Origin: Nitrosopumilus sp.
GTDB lineage: Archaea; Thermoproteota; Nitrososphaeria; Nitrososphaerales; Nitrosopumilaceae
Length of the DNA: 64,000 nucleotides
Direction of reading: 5' to 3'
Assembly: GCA_965249555.1 (NCBI GenBank)
Contig: OZ252243.1
Location: forward strand, 1,312,001 to 1,376,000
The position numbers and the translations under genes are program-made. Under the pieces are notes generated by a model. The model saw only the letters and a program-made list of their open reading frames with translations, did no database searches and was not told the DNA's origin. Below, piece after piece: positions 1 to 9,729 of this stretch (positions are counted from its first letter, which is position 1; the number at the start of each line of letters is the position of its first letter).

Positions 1-1
1 T

Positions 2-652
2 GGTCATATCAATGAAGCGTTAGTTCTACAGGAAACTGATGTAGATATGATTGATGAATCTGAAGTACTAACTCCTGCTGATGAGTCTCATCACATTTGG
101 AAATGGGATTTTACAACACCAGTTGTAAATGGTGCACGATCTTTGGCTGAAGCTTTAAGAAGAATTGAAGAAGGTGCAGCAATGATTAGAACAAAAGGTG
201 AACCTGGAACTGGAAATGTAGCAGAAGCTATTACTCATATTAAAAAAGTTAATGATGAATTAAGAACAATTAAGGCAATTTATGATTCTGGTGATAATCA
301 AGATTTAGTTAGAATGGCAAGAGAATTCAAAGTATCATATGACATTGTTGAACAAACTGCAAAACTTGGAAGATTACCTGTTGTAAATTTTGCCGCTGGT
401 GGAATTGCAACTCCTGCTGATGCAGCATATCTAATGTCTCTTGGTTGTGATGGAATCTTTGTTGGTTCTGGAATTTTTAATGCAGATGATGCACAAGAAA
501 GGGCAAGAGCTATAGTTTTGGCTACTACTTTTTGGAATGAATCTGATAAAGTCAAAGAAGCTCAAAAAATGATTGATGAAAGACAATCTATGTTAGGATT
601 AGATGTGAATACACTAGAATTACGTATGCAGGAACGTGGTGGCTCTTCATGA
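2..652 (+). CDS. pdxS: pyridoxal 5'-phosphate synthase lyase subunit (5' end outside window)
   Basis: Frame open from base 2 (GHINEA); motifs [40 protein letters not shown]. Confidence 0.96.
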   Translation, partial: GHINEALVLQETDVDMIDESEVLTPADESHHIWKWDFTTPVVNGARSLAEALRRIEEGAAMIRTKGEPGTGNVAEAITHIKKVNDELRTIKAIYDSGDNQDLVRMAREFKVSYDIVEQTAKLGRLPVVNFAAGGIATPADAAYLMSLGCDGIFVGSGIFNADDAQERARAIVLATTFWNESDKVKEAQKMIDERQSMLGLDVNTLELRMQERGGSS

Positions 653-1266
653 GTCTTAATGTTGGAATCTTATCCATACAAGGTGATGTTCAAGAAAACC
701 TCTTATCAACAAGAGCTGCTCTCAATGAATTAGGAATTGATGGAAAAGTAACTGATGTCAAAACCCCTGAAGAAATTTCTCAATTAGATGGCTTGATAAT
801 TCCAGGTGGTGAAAGTACTACTATTGGACAACTTTCTTTGGTAAATGGTTCGTTGAAGGTCTTAAAAGAAAAAATTGAAAATGGAATGCCTGTACTTGGA
901 ATATGTGCTGGTATGATTATGCTTTCAAAAACAGCTGATGATCGTGTTGTTGGAAAAACTGATCAACCTCTTTTAGATATTCTTGATATCAAACTAGAAA
1001 GAAACTCCTTTGGACGACAAAAAGAATCCTTTGAAGCTGATGTATCCATGGATTCAATTAATATTCCAAAATTTAATGGAGTCTTTATCAGAGCACCATC
1101 TGTTTCAGATGTTGGTTCTGATATAGAAGTTCTATCAAAATTTAATGAGCGAATAGTTGCAGTCAAAAAAGGTAATGTGATTGGTACTGCGTTTCATCCT
1201 GAACTTACTAAAGATATTTCATTACACAAGTTTTTTGTCAATCTTGTTAACACCTCAAAAACTTAG
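649..1266 (+). CDS. pdxT: PLP synthase glutaminase subunit
   Basis: QGD, PGGEST, GICAG, RNSFGRQ, FHPE motifs; ATGA overlap with pdxS. Confidence 0.96.
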   Translation: MSLNVGILSIQGDVQENLLSTRAALNELGIDGKVTDVKTPEEISQLDGLIIPGGESTTIGQLSLVNGSLKVLKEKIENGMPVLGICAGMIMLSKTADDRVVGKTDQPLLDILDIKLERNSFGRQKESFEADVSMDSINIPKFNGVFIRAPSVSDVGSDIEVLSKFNERIVAVKKGNVIGTAFHPELTKDISLHKFFVNLVNTSKT

Positions 1267-1324
1267 TTTGCAGTAATGAATACTGAGCAATTCCTTTTAA
1301 CTATAGTCTAGTCGACCTTGTAAA

Positions 1325-1672
1325 ATGGACAAAAAATTTGTATTATTTGGTGTTCTAGCCTCCATTTTGCTAGGTGGTTCTTTTGGAATATTCCCTATTG
1401 AAAATTCATTTGCTCAAGATCTTTCTGAAAGTGAAGAATATTCTGAAGCATATGAAAAAGAATTAGAAAAGGCTGAAGAACGAAAACTAAAAGCTGAAGA
1501 AAAACTTTAAAAATTGGAAGAAAGAAAAGTAAAACTTGAATTAGATAGAAATAGACTTGAAGAAAAATTATTAGAAAAAGCAAACAAGTATGAAGAAAAA
1601 TTAAGAGAAATTAAAGAAAGCAGACTAGTTGCACTAGTAGACAAAGCAATACTCAAACACTTTGATAATTAA
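1325..1672 (+). pseudogene. signal-peptide + coiled-coil protein with internal stop
   Basis: TAA at 1508-1510 followed in frame by 53 more E/K/L-rich codons (KLEERKVKLELDRNRLEEK...) ending TAA 1670-1672. Confidence 0.6.
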
Positions 1673-1780
1673 TCTCTAAGCGTACGTGTTTCTAATTTCC
1701 AACTCTTTTTCTATTTTTTCTTATATAGTAATTTTCAGTGTTTATTTTGAATATTTTACAGTTTAATAATTGTAAAGTGC

Positions 1781-3412
1781 TTGATATGCATGACGAAAAT
1801 CATTTTAGCATTATGTTTAGTTGGGGTATTTACAATCTCACAGTTTGACGATGTTTATGCTGGACCTGGACATGGAGAACCAATTATAATTAATTTAGAT
1901 GGACGACAAGTTGGGATTGATACAAAGTTATTTCCTTTAGATGTGACATTAGGGGATTTTCGTGATGTTACTTTATCAATACAAGTCTATGATGTACTTA
2001 CAAATCAATCATTTGAGGATGTGACATATTTAGTTGATATTTTGCGTGAAGGTGAATTATTGGCCAGAGGATTATACTTTGATTATGATGGAACATTAGA
2101 AGTAAAAATTCAACCTGTTGCAGATTGTAAAGAAGCTAAAAAATTCAAATGTACAAAATACTTTGGTGCACAAGAACCAATAAGTGGAGGATATTATGAT
2201 CTTGCAGGAACTCCTGTGATTAAAGGTCCAATTTTGATTGATGGTGGAATATACACACTCAAAATTGAAATTGTTGGAGCCACAGGAGTTACAACACAAC
2301 TAGTAAACCCAATAAAAATTCAAGAGCAATTTTCAGCATCCCAAGAACAGATTTTTGATATCACTACAACAAATGAAGAGTTCTCAATCATTGCAAAAAC
2401 GTACTATGAATTAATTGATAACTTTGTATTTGAAGAAGAAGAAAATTCTATTTCATTTAATATGCCATTTGACTGGAATCCATCTATCATAAATCATACA
2501 AAGTTTGTTCATCATGAAATTAGAATACCAAAATTTGTTGCTGCATATGCTGAAAATATGTCATTTCAAGGAAATGTAGATGGGGTTGATCTTTCAGAAA
2601 GAGCTGTAATATTAGATCCTTATTCGTATGAGGATTATAATGTACTTCATTTTATTGTAGGCAACTCTGATCTAAAGTTGATAAATAATAAGCTAGGATT
2701 AGAGCATTACAACAAAGAAAATATTGAATTTACATTAACACCAAAACAAACAGCAGATGTACCATCAATTTTTGTTAATATGGATACAGGTGCAAAAATT
2801 AATGTCTCAGTAATTGAAAATTCAATCAATACAGATCATTCTCTGAAATTTACTTTCTTTGATCAAAATGATAAATTGCTAAAAAATGTCAGATATGGAT
2901 ATGAAATATTGACAAATGATAATAGTATTTTTACTAATACTGGTAACAATTTAAACAAAATTGGGATTCTAGCTGTTGATGGAATTGATATACAAAATAT
3001 TAATTTTCAAGATAACCATAATTATCAAATAAAATTAGTGCTTTTTGAGCATACAATTGATTCTCAAGATCTGCCTAATTATGGTGGCAGTTCTGGTCAA
3101 GGTACAATTGTAATTGGTGACTCTGTTTTAAATTCACAAGTTTCAAATGAAATTCCATCTTGGATTAAAAATAATGCTGGATGGTGGGCAGAAGATGCAA
3201 TTGATGATGAAACATTTGTACAGGCAATTCAATATTTGATTAACGAAGAAATAATGAGTATTCCTCAAACTGAATCAGGAGAATCTGCTGGAAACGATAT
3301 CCCATCTTGGATTAAAAATAATGCTGGATGGTGGGCAGAAGATGCAATTGATGATGAAACATTTGTACAGGCAATTCAATATTTGATTACAAATGGTATT
3401 ATGCAGGTGTAA
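1781..3412 (+). CDS. secreted/surface protein with two thaumarchaeal IPxWIKNNAGWW C-terminal repeats
   Basis: N-terminal hydrophobic signal; C-terminal IPSWIKNNAGWWAEDAIDDETFVQAIQYLI twice. Confidence 0.85.
   Translation: MICMTKIILALCLVGVFTISQFDDVYAGPGHGEPIIINLDGRQVGIDTKLFPLDVTLGDFRDVTLSIQVYDVLTNQSFEDVTYLVDILREGELLARGLYFDYDGTLEVKIQPVADCKEAKKFKCTKYFGAQEPISGGYYDLAGTPVIKGPILIDGGIYTLKIEIVGATGVTTQLVNPIKIQEQFSASQEQIFDITTTNEEFSIIAKTYYELIDNFVFEEEENSISFNMPFDWNPSIINHTKFVHHEIRIPKFVAAYAENMSFQGNVDGVDLSERAVILDPYSYEDYNVLHFIVGNSDLKLINNKLGLEHYNKENIEFTLTPKQTADVPSIFVNMDTGAKINVSVIENSINTDHSLKFTFFDQNDKLLKNVRYGYEILTNDNSIFTNTGNNLNKIGILAVDGIDIQNINFQDNHNYQIKLVLFEHTIDSQDLPNYGGSSGQGTIVIGDSVLNSQVSNEIPSWIKNNAGWWAEDAIDDETFVQAIQYLINEEIMSIPQTESGESAGNDIPSWIKNNAGWWAEDAIDDETFVQAIQYLITNGIMQV
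3155..3389 (+). repeat. perfect 88-bp direct repeat (3155-3242, 3302-3389)
   Basis: Identical DNA encoding the two WIKNNAGWW domains. Confidence 0.9.
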
Positions 3413-3418
3413 TTAGGC

Positions 3419-5737
3419 TCAATCTACTAAATTATGCATAGATTTCAAATCTTTTTTAAATTGTTCTAGGTTTGCCGGAATTTCAATTTTGATTGAATCT
3501 TTCAATGAAAGATTTTGAGCTTTTTTGTCATTCCATACTTTGGAATTAAATTCTGTAATTTCTTTTGTAATGTCACTTTGAATTTCTAAATTTTCTGATT
3601 CAACTTGCCTCTGTTTGTGAATACTTTCTTCAGAGTACAAAGAATTCCAAAGATACTCAGTGATAAATGGAGTAATTGGTGCTAATAATTTTAAAATTGT
3701 TGATAATACTTTGTGTAGTGTAAATATTGCACCATCTCTTTCTTCATCAGAAAAATTAATTCCATATGCTCTTGCTTTAACCATTTCAATATAATGTGCT
3801 GCAAATAAATTCCATGTAAATTCTCTAATTGCTATTGCAGGAATAAAGAAATTATACTCATCATAACCTTTCTTACATTCTTTTACAAGATTATCTAATT
3901 CTGATAAAATCCATTTGTCAGTTGTATTTGGATTTCCAGATTCAACCACTGAAAAACTAGACAAAAATCTAGATACATTCCACAATTTACTTAGGAATTT
4001 TTTAGTGGATTCTATTTTTTGCTCATTGCATCTAAAGTCATATCCATGATTAACCTCACTTGCACTCCAGAACCTAAAAGTATCAGCACCTAATTTTTCA
4101 ATCACTGGTAAAGGATCAATTGCATTTCCTTTACTCTTACTCATCTTCATTCCTTTTTCATCTAGTCCGTATCCCATTATCCAAGCTTCTGTCCATGGTT
4201 TCTTTCCAGTAAGTTGTTCACATCTTAGAAGTGTATAGTATAACCAAGTTCTAACAATGTCTTTTGCTTGAGGTCGTATTGAAGCAGGATATACCTTGTT
4301 GAAAAATTCTTCATCTTTTCCAAATTTGCTTACAAAAAGAGGTGATATACTAGAATCCATCCATGTGTCAAAAGTTCGTTCTTCTCCTACAAATTCAGTG
4401 GATTGACATTTTGGACATTGACTAATTGGGCAATCTTCTTCCCATGGTCTATAGTACTTTCCAGGCTCAGGAACATAGGGTTCTGAGCATTTTTTACAGT
4501 ACCAAATTGGAATTTCAGTACCATAATATCTCCGCCTTGAGATTGGCCAATCGATATTGATGGATTCAAGCCAATTCATCAAAATTTGTTTGTGCATTGC
4601 TGGATGAAATGTAATCTCTTGTCCCAAGTTTTTCATTTTTTCAACTGATTCTTTTTGTTTTAGATAGTATTCTTCCATTGGAATTATTTCAATGGGAATT
4701 TTACTTCTCTCAGATACAGGTGTTCTGTGGTTAATGTCTTCAATTTTTTCTACAAATCCTTTTGATTCCAAATCTTCTATGATTTTTGTTCTTGCTTGTT
4801 TTGGTTTTAGCCCTGCGTATTCTCCTGCAACTTCTGTCATTCTTCCATCTAGTCCAATTGCGACAATCTCTTCTAATTGCAATTCTCTAAATAATGCCAC
4901 ATCATTTTGATCACCATAACTACATACCATTACTGCCCCTGATCCAAATTCTTGTTTAGCTGAATGATGTGTTCTTAATTCAACTTCTGCATTAGTAATA
5001 GGAACAATTACTTTTTTTCCGATATATTGTGCATATCTCTCATCTTCAGGATTTACAATAATTGTTTTGCATGCACAAACTAATTCTGGTCTTGTACTTG
5101 CAATAATTATTTCCTTATCTGTATCTTTTATTTTGAATTTCATGTAAACCAATTTGGTTTGCAAATCTTCGTATATGATTTCTGCATCTGCAATAGTTGT
5201 TCCTGATACCCAATCGTAGTTGTTAGGTCTGTTTGCTAGGTATACTTGACCTTTTTTCCATAATTCAATGAATGTTGATTGTGTAAGTGATCTGTATTCT
5301 TCTGAATCGGTTCTATAGTAGTTTGTAAAGTCTCCACTTATTCCAATATTTTTCATAATGAGAATCATTTCAGCTTCTAAATCATCTAGTGCTTCTCTGC
5401 AAAGATTAAGAAATTCTCCTCTGTCTGTTTCTCTCATTCTAATTTTGTATTTTTTTTCAGTGTACAGTTCTACTGGAAGTCCATTTCTATCAATTCCTAT
5501 AGGGAAATAGACATTTTTTCCAGCCATTCTTGCTGTTCTGGCAATCATATCAATTTGAGAATAATGTGCTGCTGCTCCAATATGCCATGGTCTGCCTGAT
5601 GGATATGGTGGAGGTGTATCTATGGTAAAGTTATTTTCTTGTGGTGTAAAATCATAAATTTTATCATCTTCCCATTTTTTTAGTATATTTTTTTCTAATT
5701 CTGGGTTCCATGCTTTTTCTGATATTTTAGGTTCCAT
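3419..5737 (-). CDS. valS: valyl-tRNA synthetase
   Basis: IDTPPPYPSG.WHIG (HIGH-like), DWPISRRRYYG, DTWMDSS, KMSKSKGN. Confidence 0.95.
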   Translation of the reverse strand: MEPKISEKAWNPELEKNILKKWEDDKIYDFTPQENNFTIDTPPPYPSGRPWHIGAAAHYSQIDMIARTARMAGKNVYFPIGIDRNGLPVELYTEKKYKIRMRETDRGEFLNLCREALDDLEAEMILIMKNIGISGDFTNYYRTDSEEYRSLTQSTFIELWKKGQVYLANRPNNYDWVSGTTIADAEIIYEDLQTKLVYMKFKIKDTDKEIIIASTRPELVCACKTIIVNPEDERYAQYIGKKVIVPITNAEVELRTHHSAKQEFGSGAVMVCSYGDQNDVALFRELQLEEIVAIGLDGRMTEVAGEYAGLKPKQARTKIIEDLESKGFVEKIEDINHRTPVSERSKIPIEIIPMEEYYLKQKESVEKMKNLGQEITFHPAMHKQILMNWLESINIDWPISRRRYYGTEIPIWYCKKCSEPYVPEPGKYYRPWEEDCPISQCPKCQSTEFVGEERTFDTWMDSSISPLFVSKFGKDEEFFNKVYPASIRPQAKDIVRTWLYYTLLRCEQLTGKKPWTEAWIMGYGLDEKGMKMSKSKGNAIDPLPVIEKLGADTFRFWSASEVNHGYDFRCNEQKIESTKKFLSKLWNVSRFLSSFSVVESGNPNTTDKWILSELDNLVKECKKGYDEYNFFIPAIAIREFTWNLFAAHYIEMVKARAYGINFSDEERDGAIFTLHKVLSTILKLLAPITPFITEYLWNSLYSEESIHKQRQVESENLEIQSDITKEITEFNSKVWNDKKAQNLSLKDSIKIEIPANLEQFKKDLKSMHNLVD

Positions 5738-5744
5738 CTCTTAA

Positions 5745-6560
5745 CTATCTTGAAATGTTTGAAATAATATGAGATCCTTTATTGTAACCTTCATAGATGT
5801 AAACTCCTAATGCTTCTACATTTGATGGCATTTTAGGTGTTAATAATTTGATTATTTCACTTGAAAGATTTTCTACAGTTGCCTCACCTTCTAAAAGATA
5901 AGTAGTGTTTTTTGGAACTTGTAATTCAAACATTCCTTTAGGACCATCGAATTGAATTAGATAATGTGAATCATCTTCACTTTTTAGATATTTTCTGTTA
6001 ATGAAAAATTTATGATCAAATATGTTAACTACTTCTTTGATAATTTTTTTTGCTACGCCAAAATCTACAAGTAAATTATCTTTCATTTGTCCTACAAGCT
6101 CTACCATTACTGAAGATGTATGTCCATGTAAGATCGAGCATTTTTCAACTAATGGAAGTATATGTGCATAATCAAATGAAAATGATCCATCTTCTAAAAA
6201 TATAGAACCTGTCTGTGGTGACTTGTCATAAAATACCAAATCTTGTAATTCTTTAATTTGTGCAACATATTTTGCATGCCCTATTGCCATCACTTTGTCT
6301 TGAGGAAAATCTTCTTTGATCTGTTTGTATTTTTCAATGTCTTCATCACTATCAATTACTTCAATCAATCCTTTCTCTGTTTTAAAATCAATTGTAACCT
6401 CATTTCCGTTCTTTAATGTGAGTTTGTGATTGTATTGGTATTCTTCATCAAGAAAAGTGAGCATTTGTGCTACTGTTAGTTCGGTTCTAGTTCTAAGTAA
6501 ATTTCCCTTTTTATCGATATATCTAAAGTCTGAGTCTAGAATTGTAGGACTTGAAGCCAT
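5745..6560 (-). CDS. QueD/6-pyruvoyl-tetrahydropterin synthase family protein with N-terminal extension
   Basis: C-half FDYAHIL..KCSILHGH, VDFG, FDHK, ATVENL; ~115-aa extra N-terminal domain. Confidence 0.85.
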   Translation of the reverse strand: MASSPTILDSDFRYIDKKGNLLRTRTELTVAQMLTFLDEEYQYNHKLTLKNGNEVTIDFKTEKGLIEVIDSDEDIEKYKQIKEDFPQDKVMAIGHAKYVAQIKELQDLVFYDKSPQTGSIFLEDGSFSFDYAHILPLVEKCSILHGHTSSVMVELVGQMKDNLLVDFGVAKKIIKEVVNIFDHKFFINRKYLKSEDDSHYLIQFDGPKGMFELQVPKNTTYLLEGEATVENLSSEIIKLLTPKMPSNVEALGVYIYEGYNKGSHIISNISR

Positions 6561-6630
6561 GTGAAGTCATCTAACTTTGGATATAATATAAATTCTGTAA
6601 TGACCATGCCTGAAAATTCGTCTTTTGGAA

Positions 6631-6909
6631 TTATACTAAAGAATTCAGAATTTTAGCCAGATTGACATCATTTTTTGTGATGCCTCCAGCATCATGAGTA
6701 GTTAATTCTATGGTGATTTTGTTGTATACGTTAAACCATTCTGGATGATGGTTCATTTTTTCAATTTCCATAGCTGCTCTGGTCATAAAACCAAACGCCT
6801 GATTAAAACTATCAAACTGAAATTCTTTGTGTAGTTTCTCATTTACAACACTCCAGCCAGGCAGACTCTTTAGTTCTTCATCAATGTCTGCTTGTGATAA
6901 TCTCATCAT
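6631..6909 (-). CDS. pterin-4a-carbinolamine dehydratase
   Basis: [23 protein letters not shown] motifs. Confidence 0.93.
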   Translation of the reverse strand: MMRLSQADIDEELKSLPGWSVVNEKLHKEFQFDSFNQAFGFMTRAAMEIEKMNHHPEWFNVYNKITIELTTHDAGGITKNDVNLAKILNSLV

Positions 6910-6966
6910 GCTGTATTACATAAAATATCAATTGTTAGTTAAAGGGTTTGATTCATTACCGTTCTT

Positions 6967-7746
6967 ATGGAATCTGTTATGAGGGAGAATATGGAACAGA
7001 TAGAACAAGAATTACTTGAGAATATTAAAAATTCAATTTCTGAAACTGTGAAAGACAAAAAAATTGGAATTGCTTTTTCTGGAGGTGTTGATAGTACATT
7101 AATTTCAAAAATTTGCTCAGATATGGATTATGATATTACCCTGTTGACAATTGGTTTTCCTGAATCCCATGATATTTTATTTGCAAAACAAGTTAATGAA
7201 TATCTAAAATATCCTCATCATGTTCTAGAAATTGATTCAGAAACTTTTCCTACTGTTTCATTAAAAATTCAACAAACAATAAAAACTGAAAATCTATCAT
7301 GGAATGAAAATTGTATTGCATTTCATTATGTTTCTCAACTAGCAAAAAGCTTAGACCTTGATACTGTGATTACTGCAAATGGAATAGATGAACTGTTTTG
7401 TGGTTACAATGCATACAGAGAAGCATTTTCTGAAGGTGAATCTAAAATTCATGAAGTTATGATCTCTAAATTAGATAACGAATTAAAAATGATGAAAGCA
7501 GTAAATCTTGTTGCATCAGAGTTTGGTGTAACAATTATTCAGCCATTACTGTCTTCAAAATTCATAGATTATGCCAAAACAGTTCCTTTATCTGAGAAAA
7601 TTAATGATTCAGAAGATTTGTATCGTAAACATATCATAAGAAAATTAGCTAGCCAAATCAATGTTCCAGAAATTTCTTGTACGAAAAGAAAAAAAGCATT
7701 ACAATATGGCTCTAAAATTCACAAAGCATTACTAAAAACTAGATGA
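6967..7746 (+). CDS. asparagine-synthase C-terminal-like PP-loop ATPase (no glutaminase domain)
   Basis: AFSGGVDS PP-loop, G.DELF.GY, K..LQYGS. Confidence 0.8.
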   Translation: MESVMRENMEQIEQELLENIKNSISETVKDKKIGIAFSGGVDSTLISKICSDMDYDITLLTIGFPESHDILFAKQVNEYLKYPHHVLEIDSETFPTVSLKIQQTIKTENLSWNENCIAFHYVSQLAKSLDLDTVITANGIDELFCGYNAYREAFSEGESKIHEVMISKLDNELKMMKAVNLVASEFGVTIIQPLLSSKFIDYAKTVPLSEKINDSEDLYRKHIIRKLASQINVPEISCTKRKKALQYGSKIHKALLKTR

Positions 7747-9103
7747 ATTTTTTAACTGTGTTTTGAACCGATTTTTTTACATTACTAATAATCATCGGTG
7801 ATGCACCAAGATGTTTCTCTGGTGAAAATATGGATTCAATTTCTTTATTAGTTAACTTTGAAGAAAATGCCTTGTCGTTTTTGATAGCATCTATGTATTG
7901 CATTCCTTTGTCATTTGCCAAAAATGCAACTCTTTGAACATCTTTGTAGGCTACAAATCTTGGAACACCTTTTTTGATTAGTGCCTCTAAAACAAATTCT
8001 GCAAAGATTTGCCCCTTTGTGATGTAAAGATTCTCCACAATTCTCTTCTCATTTACCATCAAGTTTGAAATAATTCTAGTCATGGTTTCTAGCATTTCAT
8101 CAACTAGAATGGCTACTATTGGAATTACAAATCTCTCATTTGCTGAATTTGAAAGATCTCGTTCATGCCATAATGGAATATTTTCAAAAGCTATTCCTAC
8201 CTGACTTCGTACCATTTTAGATAATGATGATATTCTCTCACTTTTGATTGGATTTCTTTTAACTGGAACTGCACTACTACCCATTTGTCCCTTTTTGAAC
8301 TGCTCTGCAACTTCTCCAATTTCAGTTCTTTGCAAATTTCTAATCTCTACTGCAATTTTTTCCAAAGTTGCACCAATTAATGCTAATTCAAACACATATT
8401 CTGCATATCTCTCCCTTGGAACAACCTGAGTGGTTACTTCTGCTGAGTAAAGTTTCAAGCGTTTTGCAACTCTTTTTTGAACCTCGAGTGATTTTGCACC
8501 CATTAAAGAACCAGTTCCTACAACACCCAGTGTCTTACAAATTAGAATTCTTTTCTTAATCTCTTCAATTCTTTCTACATGTTTTGCCATCTCTGCTGCC
8601 CAATTTGCAAATTTCAATCCAAATGATATGATACTTGCATGTTGTCCATGAGTTCTACCAACAGCTGGAATGTTTTCATATTTTACAGCTTTTTGCGATA
8701 GAATTGTTGCCATCTTTGCAACTTTTGGTTCAATTATTTTTAATGAATCTCGCATTTGCATAGAATTACTGGTATCTACCAAATCATTACTTGTTAATCC
8801 ATAATGAATCCATGGTCTAACATCCTTGGTGCATTTTTCATTTAATGCTTCAACTAGTGCTGCAGTATCATGATCACTTTTTGCTTCAAGTTGTTTGATT
8901 CTTTTTGCAGTAATTTTTCCTGATAATGCTGCTTTGAGAATTTTTTTTCCGACTGTTTTTGGAATAACTCCAATCTCACTTTGCGAAATAGCAGCTGCAC
9001 CTTCAATCTCTAGTTGATAATTGATTTTCTTTTGTTCACCAAAAATTTCCATCATTTCTTTGGTACCATAACGACCATTGTCTATAGGTAAAATTGCCAA
9101 CAT
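7739..9103 (-). CDS. purB: adenylosuccinate lyase
   Basis: HYGLTSND, GRTHGQHA, GSSAVPVKRNP, LWHERDLSNS. Confidence 0.96.
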   Translation of the reverse strand: MLAILPIDNGRYGTKEMMEIFGEQKKINYQLEIEGAAAISQSEIGVIPKTVGKKILKAALSGKITAKRIKQLEAKSDHDTAALVEALNEKCTKDVRPWIHYGLTSNDLVDTSNSMQMRDSLKIIEPKVAKMATILSQKAVKYENIPAVGRTHGQHASIISFGLKFANWAAEMAKHVERIEEIKKRILICKTLGVVGTGSLMGAKSLEVQKRVAKRLKLYSAEVTTQVVPRERYAEYVFELALIGATLEKIAVEIRNLQRTEIGEVAEQFKKGQMGSSAVPVKRNPIKSERISSLSKMVRSQVGIAFENIPLWHERDLSNSANERFVIPIVAILVDEMLETMTRIISNLMVNEKRIVENLYITKGQIFAEFVLEALIKKGVPRFVAYKDVQRVAFLANDKGMQYIDAIKNDKAFSSKLTNKEIESIFSPEKHLGASPMIISNVKKSVQNTVKKFI

Positions 9104-9219
9104 TTTGATTTCAATTTATGAGAAAATAAATCTACTTCTTTATCCTGATTTTGTGCGTATGGTGTTATTTTGATATAATCTAGCCTCAAAAAATTGTTCC
9201 TTTTTAGATTATAGTCTGC

Positions 9220-9417
9220 TTAATAACGGGATTTTCTTACTGTAGCTATTTTCTTTTGTGATCTGGGAGTTTTTGTTTTGGCTCTGGCTTTGCTTACTTT
9301 GCCTTCTTTTTTGATACTTTTTCCACTTCTTCGTGCAGCTCTTGAAGCACTTGCTCTGATTTTTTGCTGTTTTTTCTGTTCTTCTATCTCTTTTTTAGTT
9401 AATTTTTTCCTAACCAC
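9220..9417 (-). CDS. small highly basic (Lys/Arg-rich) protein
   Basis: 65-aa K/R-rich ORF filling an intergenic gap. Confidence 0.6.
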   Translation of the reverse strand: MVRKKLTKKEIEEQKKQQKIRASASRAARRSGKSIKKEGKVSKARAKTKTPRSQKKIATVRKSRY

Positions 9418-9485
9418 AATACAAAATCTATTTTATCATAGATAAATTAGCTCATCAATTTCAAGTCAGAGTATTATTCTAAAAA

Positions 9486-9641
9486 TTAACTTTGTTTAAT
9501 TCCTGTTTCTGATAATACCCACTCTAAAGCCTTGAAATACCCTTGTTTGAAATTTCTTTCATCAATTACCCAATCAGGATTTGCCCTTAGTTCCGCAAGC
9601 AATTGGTTTGCTTTTTGTGCGATTGTTGCTTTATCTAACAT
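9486..9641 (-). CDS. small hypothetical protein (51 aa)
   Basis: Manually read ORF MLDKATIAQKANQLLAELRANPDWVIDERNFKQGYFKALEWVLSETGIKQS; below ORF-track cutoff. Confidence 0.6.
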   Translation of the reverse strand: MLDKATIAQKANQLLAELRANPDWVIDERNFKQGYFKALEWVLSETGIKQS

Positions 9642-9729
9642 ACTTTGGAATAAATTATAATTAATTTAAAATTCTTTACAATTCTTCTGATGATTTAAAT
9701 TGGATTGAAAGAAAATTTCATCGATATAC

